A DNA stretch of 64,000 nt from Gammaproteobacteria bacterium (GTDB taxonomy: Bacteria > Pseudomonadota > Gammaproteobacteria > Eutrophobiales > Eutrophobiaceae), in the NCBI GenBank assembly GCA_022826885.1, contig JAJDUB010000059.1:7172-71171 (forward strand), read 5' to 3'. A program made the translations under genes and the position numbers. The notes under the pieces were generated by a model. That model was not told the DNA's origin. It saw only the letters and a program-made list of their open reading frames with translations, and made no database searches. The number at the start of each line of letters is the position of its first letter. Within the stretch, counting starts at the first letter, position 1. Positions 36,575 through 44,730 of this stretch are shown piece by piece.

Positions 36575-38049
36575 AGTTTAAACCTGTAGTCCGGGTCATC
36601 GATGATTGCAAGCTCCCTGTTTGCCAGTTTGACCGCCAGTTCGTCCTGCAGGTCTGTCGCATGTTCCAGCATCAGGTTGAGTTGCTGTCTGAGTTGTTCC
36701 CGGTATTCTTCCCGGTAATAAAGGTTTAATGCCTCACCCGGATCATTGACCATATCGAACAGGGCATTGCTGCGCGCCCTGGGATCCGCCGTGAAATCAC
36801 GCAATATCAGTTTCCACCCTTCCGAGCGCATTGCGCGCTCGTCGTACCAGGAGTTCTCGATGGCAGCCTCCGGGACGTTCTGCATGAATACCGGAGTCGG
36901 CCAGTTATCTACGCCTGACGTGACCTCGGCAACCAGATCCCTGCCGTGAAAAGGTGATCCTTCCCGCCCGGTAATGATTTCCATGATACGGCTTTTTGTA
37001 TTGATACCCGTAGCGGCAAGTATTGTCGGAGCAATATCCACCAGATTGACTCCAGATCTCCAGGTTACCCCTTGCGGCAGTCCCTCGGGCCAATGCATTA
37101 TCATGGGTATCCTCGCCGCCTCATCGTAGGCGATGCCTATGCCGCGGTATGAGCCCGGCCGCTCTTGAAACGAACCGCCATGATCGGTGGAAAGGATAAT
37201 CAAGGTGTTATCCAGTAATCCCCCTTCTTCCAGGGTCCGGATAATACGTCCCACGTTATGATCCAGGCTGGTTACGGACGCATAATAGTTTTTGTGGTCG
37301 ATTTCCCTGTCTTTGTACAGCTCGGCATACTTGCGTGGCGGCTGGAACGGCGCGTGCGGTGTGTAATAGGACTGGTAGAGGAAAAAAGGCCGGTCCGCAT
37401 TTTCCTGGATAAAACGGATGCCTTCACTGGTTTGAATATCCTCGCGGTATGCGGATTCGTCGGGGGCGCCGACCCAGTGCGGCATCAGTGAATTAAAAGA
37501 CTTGAACAAGTCGAAAACCCCGGGGTTGCCGGTGCCCAGGTGCCATTTGCCGATGTGGGCCGTGGCAAATCCCGAATTGGTGAGATATTTCGGGAAATTA
37601 ATCGCCAGGTTGAAGCGTTCGTCGGCAAAGGGGTCGGCAATCGGGTCGTGGTACATGGTGGGCAGGTTGCCGGTGATGCCGGGCTCGTACATGGTCTTGC
37701 GCACCTCGTGGGCATGGGGATAAAGCCCGGTCATGATAGAGGCCCGCGCCGGACTGCACAGGGTAGCCGGTGTATAGGCATTATCGAAGCGGACACCGCG
37801 TTCGGCCAGCCTGTCCATATTGGGCGTTGAAACGTCTTTGTCGGAGTAGACGCCCAATGCGTCGCGCCTGCCCCAGTCAATCAGGATGAGAACGACATTA
37901 GGCGGGCGCTGCCGGTCACCTTCATAGATGGGGTGAAGGGAAGCCTCCTGTGTCCGGGCCGTAAGGACGCCTGTCAGCAGAAACGTGACGATGCCTGCCA
38001 GGGAAAGACAGACGGCGCCCGTTACGATATTCTTACACCTGATGAACAC
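36568..38049 (-). CDS. Secreted formylglycine-dependent sulfatase
   Basis: PPNVVLILID, LCSPARASIMTG (CxPxR), GKWHLG, PHAP, STDHG; N-terminal signal/TM. Confidence 0.9.
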   Translation of the reverse strand: MFIRCKNIVTGAVCLSLAGIVTFLLTGVLTARTQEASLHPIYEGDRQRPPNVVLILIDWGRRDALGVYSDKDVSTPNMDRLAERGVRFDNAYTPATLCSPARASIMTGLYPHAHEVRKTMYEPGITGNLPTMYHDPIADPFADERFNLAINFPKYLTNSGFATAHIGKWHLGTGNPGVFDLFKSFNSLMPHWVGAPDESAYREDIQTSEGIRFIQENADRPFFLYQSYYTPHAPFQPPRKYAELYKDREIDHKNYYASVTSLDHNVGRIIRTLEEGGLLDNTLIILSTDHGGSFQERPGSYRGIGIAYDEAARIPMIMHWPEGLPQGVTWRSGVNLVDIAPTILAATGINTKSRIMEIITGREGSPFHGRDLVAEVTSGVDNWPTPVFMQNVPEAAIENSWYDERAMRSEGWKLILRDFTADPRARSNALFDMVNDPGEALNLYYREEYREQLRQQLNLMLEHATDLQDELAVKLANRELAIIDDPDYRFKLY

Positions 38050-38134
38050 AATATACTCCGTAATTCACAAAATGATAATTAAAGGTACTCGTTGTACCCG
38101 AACGGGTCAACATCTGTCTGATACGGAGTAACGC

Positions 38135-38770
38135 ATGAGACCCACGGAATTCGTAGAGTCATTGAGGAAACTGGAATTTGAAAACACGTTCAATCCGTAT
38201 TCAAATCGGTGCGCCGTATATGACCTGGACAATGCATCGCAGCGCCGGACACTAACACTGTTGTGCATGCTTGAAATAGCTACTGAAAGAAGAGTTGATT
38301 CCCTGTGGATTGGACGTGACCTCGGTTATCGCGGCGGCAGGCGGACCGGTCTTGCATTTACGGACGATGTACATGTTCAGGCTCACGCGAAACGCTGGGG
38401 ATTATCAATGGATCGTTCAACAAAAGGAGAAGAGGTTGCAGAACGGACTGCCGCGGTCATCTGGCGGATTCTGTCACAGGTCAGGGCACCAATTTTTCTC
38501 TGGAATGTCTTCCCGTTACACCCGCACGAGCCTGGCATTCCTTTCAGCAACCGGACTCATAACTCTCAAGAACGCAGGACCGGCGAAGAGTTTCTCTCAC
38601 AATTGATTGCTCTTTTGCGGCCACATCGATTTGTTGCAATCGGTAATGACGCGGCACAGGCAGCACGTCGTTTGTGCGATCAACGCTCGATCATTCAGGT
38701 GCGCCACCCCAGCCATGGTGGACAAACCAGGTTTTTAACACAAATGAATGAACTGTATTCCGGGCTATAG
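38135..38770 (+). CDS. Uracil-DNA glycosylase superfamily protein
   Basis: GRDLGYRGGRRTGLAFTD, ERTAAVIW, LWNVFPLHPH..NR, VRHPSHGG. Confidence 0.75.
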   Translation: MRPTEFVESLRKLEFENTFNPYSNRCAVYDLDNASQRRTLTLLCMLEIATERRVDSLWIGRDLGYRGGRRTGLAFTDDVHVQAHAKRWGLSMDRSTKGEEVAERTAAVIWRILSQVRAPIFLWNVFPLHPHEPGIPFSNRTHNSQERRTGEEFLSQLIALLRPHRFVAIGNDAAQAARRLCDQRSIIQVRHPSHGGQTRFLTQMNELYSGL

Positions 38771-38890
38771 TTTTCCCTGGCCATTCATATCTACACAAAG
38801 AGCGTAAGTTCCGCACCACGGGCGCCAAACCGGGCATACTCAAATAGGGTTACATCCATGCCATTGCCTTCGTGATATTATCTGAATGCC

Positions 38891-39919
38891 ATGAATCAGG
38901 CGGTATTGGAAAACAAGCTCCTGCAGTTGGCTACCGGTCATCAACTGGCGGCCGCCCTGTACTTCGTTACGGTCAATAAAATTCCCGATTGCCTGAAAAA
39001 CGGGCCGCGAACGGCAGAGGATATAGCGGCTGCAGTCGGATTGCCGGCCGGGTCTGTTTACCGCCTGCTGCGGGCGATGACTACATCCGGGATATTCCGT
39101 TTGGAGGGCGGCCGGTTCTCATTGACGGAAATCAGCGACCTGCTGCGTACGGACCATGCCCGGAGCCAGCGTTCCAAGGTCCTGCTCGCTGCAAGCGACC
39201 TGGATGTATGGTCCAGGTTGGGCGAGGCCGTGGAACTGGAGGACGCCATACCCGATGTGAAAAAGGACTGGTATCTCGAATGGGGCAAAGACGAGGACCC
39301 CATCATGATTTTCGACAAGGCGATGCGCTCCTACTATTTTGATGCGCCGGCGCCTCTCCTGGGGGTTTATGATTTCGGCAGCATCAACACCCTGGTGGAC
39401 ATCGCGGGCGGTGATGGCGGTCACCTGATTGAAATACTGAAGGCACACCCGGACATGAAGGGTATTCTCTTCGAGCAACCTGAAACAGCGCGACGTGCGG
39501 AGGGCTATATCAGTGAAGCAGGGTTATCGGGAAGATGTGTGTGTGTCGCTGGAGACTTCTTCAAACCGGAATCCATACCTGGTAACGGTGATGCTTACAT
39601 GATGCGAAACATCATGCATTGCTGGGCCGATGAGCCCTGCAGGCAAATTCTGACAAACATCACTATGCGTATGCCCGATACTGCACGTATCCTTGTCATG
39701 GAACAGAAGCTCCCCTCAAGTGATGAACAACTGAATAACTGCGTGGAACATTGGGGCGTCACTCCGGCGTGGTGGGATATGTTGATGTTATTATGGTTCG
39801 GGGGAGCGGAACGCACCGTAGAGGAATTCGAAACCCTGTATGAGTCTGCCGGTATGAAGCTGGCCAATGTAATGGAAGGCAACCTGGGTACTGTTGTTTA
39901 TGAAGGCGTCAAGGTTTAG
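38891..39919 (+). CDS. SAM-dependent methyltransferase family 2 (O-methyltransferase with dimerisation domain)
   Basis: N-terminal wHTH (YRLLRAM...GIF), LVDIAGGDG, AGDFF, DAYMMRNIMHCWAD, G.ERT..EF. Confidence 0.88.
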   Translation: MNQAVLENKLLQLATGHQLAAALYFVTVNKIPDCLKNGPRTAEDIAAAVGLPAGSVYRLLRAMTTSGIFRLEGGRFSLTEISDLLRTDHARSQRSKVLLAASDLDVWSRLGEAVELEDAIPDVKKDWYLEWGKDEDPIMIFDKAMRSYYFDAPAPLLGVYDFGSINTLVDIAGGDGGHLIEILKAHPDMKGILFEQPETARRAEGYISEAGLSGRCVCVAGDFFKPESIPGNGDAYMMRNIMHCWADEPCRQILTNITMRMPDTARILVMEQKLPSSDEQLNNCVEHWGVTPAWWDMLMLLWFGGAERTVEEFETLYESAGMKLANVMEGNLGTVVYEGVKV

Positions 39920-39945
39920 CAATATTTTTACAAAGCAAGCGGCAT

Positions 39946-41049
39946 ATGATTTCTGATATTGATGCGTTGATGGACCGGCGCCAGACCGGTTACAGCCTCC
40001 CCCGGCCATTCTATACCGACGCGGACGTTTACCGGTTGGACACCGGGCATGTTTTCAGCAAACTCTGGATGCTGGTCGGTCATGTTTCCCAGATCCCGGA
40101 ACCAGGCGATTATTTCCTGGCTGAAATTGCCGGAGAATCCATATGCGTCGTACGCCGGGATAAAGAGGATATCGGCGCTTTTTACGACGTGAGTCCCCAC
40201 GCCTGTCATGTGCTGCTATTCGAAGGGTTGATATTCATCTGTCTCGCCGGGGATTCTCCGCCTGATGTCGATTCCACGCTGCAGGAAATAGCGCCTTTCG
40301 TGAAACCACAAAATCTGGTAGGCGCCAGGGTCATTCACGAAACCGTCCTGGCTACCGATGCAAACTGGAAACTGGTCGTCGAGAATTTCTGGGAATGTAA
40401 TCACTGCGAACCTTCGCACCCTGAATTCATGACGGTCCATGGTAGAAACTGGGTGCTGGCGATGGGCGCGGGCCTTGGCGCGTGCGTCTCGGAACAGGCT
40501 GAAATGGACTACCGGGAGGAATTCAAGGCATTTGAAGCGCGCGCTCAATCGCTGGGGCATCCTTTCGGTTCAGCCTCGAAGTTGGGCCTGGCGTCAACGG
40601 AGTTCTGGCAGGTCCTGCGTTCTCCGTTGGCGGAAGGTTGTTACTCGGAGACGCGGGACGGCAGAAAGGTGGGACCGTTGATGGGAGACCTCAATGACTT
40701 TGACGGCGGGATGACCCACATCAGTTTCAATCCGCTGGCTTCACTCTGGTTGTGCAACGATCATGCAGTCACATTCAACTTTCGGCCGATGGGGCCCATG
40801 TCTACGGATGTGCATATGATGTGGCTGGTGAACGGGGATGCGGAACCGGACAGGGATTTCACCGTGGAGGAAGTCGCATGGATGTGGACAACGACCGGGC
40901 TTCAGGACAAGACGATCACTGAAAATAACCAGTCCGGCATTAACTCGAGTCGCTATCGGCCGGGGCCGTACTCACTGATGGAGCGGCAGCTTGAAGACTT
41001 TGTGCAATGGTATTTCGCACGGCTGCGAGAGGCCGGCGCCGGCTCCTGA
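39946..41049 (+). pseudogene. GbcA/Stc2-like Rieske oxygenase alpha subunit lacking its Rieske [2Fe-2S] ligands (in-frame deletion)
   Basis: Catalytic domain intact (NWKLVVENFWECNHCEPSHPE; QDKTITENNQSG) but AFYDV runs directly into SPHACHVLLFEGLIF; no CxH...CxxH pair anywhere. Confidence 0.7.
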
Positions 41050-41087
41050 ACAATTTGAACAGCGATACGCAAGGGGAGGCACTGAAG

Positions 41088-42113
41088 ATGGCCAAGATCA
41101 AGGCGGTGTTATTCGGCACCGGCAACATGGGCAGGTTGATAGCCGGATACCTGGTTGAGAAAGGCGTGGAGATCACCGGCGCCGTCAGTCAAACACATGT
41201 AGGACAGGACCTCGGCGATGTGACCCGGATCGGCCGTCCTGTGGGAGTCACGGTCAGTGGGGACCCGGAGGAAATGCTGGCAGGGACCGAAGCCGATATT
41301 GCCGTGTTGGCGACCTGCAGTTCGATGGCGGAACTGTATCCTGACGCCAGCTTGTGCCTGCAACGGGGAATTAATGTGGTGACGATAACGGAAGGGGCGT
41401 TTTATCCCTGGACCTATGACCCCGACATGGCTGCAGATTTGGACAACCTGGCAAAACAGCATGGCGTGACGCTGACGGCCACCGGGGTGCAGGACATATT
41501 CTGGATAAATTCCATCGCACTCCTGACCGGCGCCTGCCACCGGATAGACATCGTCGAATTCGAAGGCACAGCCGATTTCGGGACTCTCGGGCCTGCCGTA
41601 TTGAACAACCTCCCGTTGGGACTGACACCTGAGCAGTTTCAGGAAATGGCCCCTCCACCGGGCGCAAAGCCGCCGGCATCGATAGTGGGAATGGGGTTCG
41701 AGGCATTGATCAACAAATTGCGCCTGACCATCAACAAGGTCGATGGCGGGATAGAGCTTGTGCTGGCAGGTAACGACGTCGAATGCATCGGCTTGAACAA
41801 GGTAATCAGGGCGGGACAGATAAACGGCCTGCGCGAGATCCTGGCGATCGAGACTGCCGAAGGTCCCGTATTTCGCGCAAGATTTGCCGCGAAAATATTT
41901 GAACCGGATGACCGGGAAAACTATACATGGAATATCAGGGGAGTTCCGGACATCCACCTGCAGCAGAATGATGTGCCCAGCGTGGAAATAACCTGTGCTT
42001 CAATCGTTAACCGCATCCCGGATGTCCTGAACGCGGAACCGGGATTTATAACCGCAGAGAAACTTGACACTCCATTTTACCGAACGTCATCACTGGAGAA
42101 TTATATTGATTAA
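41088..42113 (+). CDS. NAD(P)H-dependent amine dehydrogenase / 2,4-diaminopentanoate dehydrogenase-like protein
   Basis: GTGNMG Rossmann motif, GINVVTITEGAFYPW, TLTATGVQDIFW, C-terminal TCASIVNRIPDVLNAEPG. Confidence 0.75.
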   Translation: MAKIKAVLFGTGNMGRLIAGYLVEKGVEITGAVSQTHVGQDLGDVTRIGRPVGVTVSGDPEEMLAGTEADIAVLATCSSMAELYPDASLCLQRGINVVTITEGAFYPWTYDPDMAADLDNLAKQHGVTLTATGVQDIFWINSIALLTGACHRIDIVEFEGTADFGTLGPAVLNNLPLGLTPEQFQEMAPPPGAKPPASIVGMGFEALINKLRLTINKVDGGIELVLAGNDVECIGLNKVIRAGQINGLREILAIETAEGPVFRARFAAKIFEPDDRENYTWNIRGVPDIHLQQNDVPSVEITCASIVNRIPDVLNAEPGFITAEKLDTPFYRTSSLENYID

Positions 42114-43233
42114 CCCACCTTTTCGCGCCGAACACGTAGGCAGTTTACTGAGACCGAAAGCCCTCCTTGAAGCCAGGGAGCAGCTACAGGGAGATGTTTA
42201 CAGTGAATACAAGGGAAGTCTTGCCATTAATGAACTCAAGGATCTTGAGGATCAATGCATAACCGGAATCATTAAAATGCAGGAAGATATCGGCCTGCAC
42301 GGCATCACAGACGGAGAGTTTCGCCGCCGCTCCTGGTTCCAGGACTTCATGCTGGAAATGAACGGCGCGTCAATCAGGTTCGTCGAGGGGACATTCGTGG
42401 ACGGCAAAGGGCATAAACTTCCCACACCGACTCCGCACTTTGATGAAAAACTCCAACCCCGTTCGGGAATTACCACTGAGGCATTTACCTTTCTGGCAAG
42501 CAAAACAAGCCGGACAGCCAAGGCAACCATACCCTCACCGAACATGGCTCACGTATTCGGCGGCAGGGCTGCCATCAGTGAAACCGCTTATCCGGACCTC
42601 GAGGAATTCTGGGAGGATCTGGCGTTGGTATACCGGCAGGAACTGGTCCACCTGGCAGAACTCGGATGCCGCTATGTCCAGGTTGACGATTGCGCGTTCA
42701 CGATGCTCCTGGATGATGATGTACGCGGCCGGCTGGAGGAACGGGGCGATGACACGGAACAACTGTTGGACACGTATATCCGGGCCATCAACCTGGCCTT
42801 GCAGGACCGTCCGGAAGGGATGGTGATAGCAACACACCTCTGTCGCGGCAACAACCGGGGGCACTGGCTTGCTTCCGGAGGCTACGATGTTGTAGCGGAA
42901 AAACTGTTCAACCAGTTACAGGTCGATGCCTTTTTTCTCGAATATGATTCGTCACGCGCCGGCACTTTTGAGCCGCTCCGCTTCATGCCGCGGGATAAAA
43001 CCGTCGTATTGGGGCTGATTTCCTCCAAGGTACCGGATCTCGAAAACAGCAACGAGGTCAAGCAACGAATTCAAGACGCGAGCAAATATGTTCCTGTTGA
43101 AAATCTCTGTCTGAGTCCGCAATGCGGATTCGCCAGCGTCTTTCAAGGCAATCCGGTCACCGATGCGCACCAGCGCGCCAAGCTGTCACTGATTGTTGAT
43201 GTGGCAAACGATGTGTGGGGCGGCCTGGAGTAA
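42106..43233 (+). CDS. Core (single-barrel) cobalamin-independent methionine synthase II family protein (YxjH/MetE C-terminal-like)
   Basis: PPFRAEHVGSLLRP, TDGEFRR, THLCRGN, FFLEYD, LSPQCGFAS zinc ligands; TTG start after GGAG. Confidence 0.88.
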   Translation: MINPPFRAEHVGSLLRPKALLEAREQLQGDVYSEYKGSLAINELKDLEDQCITGIIKMQEDIGLHGITDGEFRRRSWFQDFMLEMNGASIRFVEGTFVDGKGHKLPTPTPHFDEKLQPRSGITTEAFTFLASKTSRTAKATIPSPNMAHVFGGRAAISETAYPDLEEFWEDLALVYRQELVHLAELGCRYVQVDDCAFTMLLDDDVRGRLEERGDDTEQLLDTYIRAINLALQDRPEGMVIATHLCRGNNRGHWLASGGYDVVAEKLFNQLQVDAFFLEYDSSRAGTFEPLRFMPRDKTVVLGLISSKVPDLENSNEVKQRIQDASKYVPVENLCLSPQCGFASVFQGNPVTDAHQRAKLSLIVDVANDVWGGLE

Positions 43234-43239
43234 GTTGCT

Positions 43240-43266
43240 GACGCTCTGAACAAGTCCAGAGGTTCC
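43240..43266. repeat. Short palindromic element, copy 2
   Basis: GACGCTCTGAACAAGTCCAGAGGTTCC aligns with 31524-31552; lies between convergent genes. Confidence 0.5.
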
Positions 43267-43272
43267 TCACGA

Positions 43273-43809
43273 TTACAAAGTTAATTCCCGGACAAGATCG
43301 CCTGTCAATGGGAAAAACCTGTCTGCGACATTCTTCAGTTCGTTTGACGGATCGGCCTGGTACTCAAAAAAAGCATTCTCGACTTCCTTGCCGTGTCTTT
43401 GTACCGCTTCGATCGCGGGACGCAGTGCCGGGCGGCGGCTGATAACTACGGCAATATCATAACTGTCGTTCATGCCTTGCTCGAACATGTCCAATGCCAG
43501 CATGACGTCAACCCCCTGGTCCAGGTACATGCCTCCCCGCACCTGCATCTCCGTCGCTCTGGTGCTGAAACCCTGATCGGCCATAAGGCTCAACAATTCA
43601 CGCTGTGCCGTTTCCTTTTTCGGGTAGCACTGCCCCGGGTAAATCGCAAGCCAAGCAGACTTGCCGGTTACCGTGCGCTCGCCTGCGATGTGATCTACCA
43701 GGGCTGAATAATCAATCCTCCAGGGCATGCCCTGTCCCCTGAGTCCGTCCAGCAACCAGCCGGCGTCGATGAAAGCGCTTACCCTGGGCTGAAGTATCTG
43801 TGTCGTCAT
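43273..43809 (-). CDS. NYN (LabA/DUF88, PIN-like) domain protein with degenerate active site
   Basis: FIDAGWL, QGVDVMLALDM, YDIAVVISRRPALRPAIEAVQRHGKEVE, ELKNVADRFFPL. Confidence 0.75.
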   Translation of the reverse strand: MTTQILQPRVSAFIDAGWLLDGLRGQGMPWRIDYSALVDHIAGERTVTGKSAWLAIYPGQCYPKKETAQRELLSLMADQGFSTRATEMQVRGGMYLDQGVDVMLALDMFEQGMNDSYDIAVVISRRPALRPAIEAVQRHGKEVENAFFEYQADPSNELKNVADRFFPLTGDLVRELTL

Positions 43810-43850
43810 GATCTGTCTTGTCCCCGTTACGATATCAGGCCATGCCTATT

Positions 43851-44711
43851 TCAGCAGGACTCGGCAAAACGCAGGATCGCCTGCGAGAGCTCGCTTTCTG
43901 AATCAAACAACCTGAATATATTGGTGGTATGGTCTTCACCCTCTACATCGAGGTAATCGGCCCGTAACCCCTTATTTCTCCATGCCGCTACAAACTCCTC
44001 CGATTGCCGGTGGAACTCGACCGACTCCTCCGCCCCTAACGCGACAAGCAATGGTGGTCCCGAAGCGGGAATGTGAAACAGCGGGCTTTCATTGAATACC
44101 ACATCGCCTGTCAGTTGCAGTTTGGCCTGCAGCCAGCAGTACCGAAACGGTCGCAAATCAAACAATCCGCTGATCGGGATACCTCCCCGGATTACGTCAG
44201 CCGGCATTCCGTAATCCTCCCAGTTGGTAACAGCCAGCATTCCCACCTGGTGGCCACCGGCAGAGTGGCCGGTCACGAAAATACGTCCGCTATCACCATT
44301 GATACTCTCTGCGTTTCGATAAGCCCATGCAACCGCAAGCCTGCTCGCGGCCGTGATGTCCGGAATGCCGACCTTTGGACACAATGCGTAGTCGCTGGAA
44401 ATGCAGGCGAAGCCGAGATCCGCCAGTCCCTTAATGCAGAAGTTGAACAGCTTTCGTGTCCCCAGACGCCACCATCCGCCATGAATGAAGATAATTATCG
44501 GGGAGTCCTTTTTCCTTGCAGGGAATACGTCAATCCGCTCTTCGTCGCGCGCCCCGACGGGAATATCCACCTGGTGTTCCAGCGCTTCAAGCGTTTGGGA
44601 GCTTCTGTGTATAAACGTATCGAAATAGGGAATGATGTCCCACAGGTGATTCTCGATATCGAGTTGCGGATCAATCTGCGCTTGATCCATGAAGTTGTCA
44701 TAGGGGTTCAC
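43851..44711 (-). CDS. Alpha/beta hydrolase, arylformamidase (kynurenine formamidase)-like
   Basis: FIHGGWW oxyanion motif, GHSAGG nucleophile, DHTT His region. Confidence 0.82.
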   Translation of the reverse strand: MNPYDNFMDQAQIDPQLDIENHLWDIIPYFDTFIHRSSQTLEALEHQVDIPVGARDEERIDVFPARKKDSPIIIFIHGGWWRLGTRKLFNFCIKGLADLGFACISSDYALCPKVGIPDITAASRLAVAWAYRNAESINGDSGRIFVTGHSAGGHQVGMLAVTNWEDYGMPADVIRGGIPISGLFDLRPFRYCWLQAKLQLTGDVVFNESPLFHIPASGPPLLVALGAEESVEFHRQSEEFVAAWRNKGLRADYLDVEGEDHTTNIFRLFDSESELSQAILRFAESC

Positions 44712-44730
44712 TATCTTATCCTGTTATTCA

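Noticed and set aside
38054-38130. 9-bp inverted repeat TACTCCGTA / TACGGAGTA
   Set aside because: Each arm contains the GGAG ribosome-binding site of one of the two divergent genes, which explains most of the symmetry.
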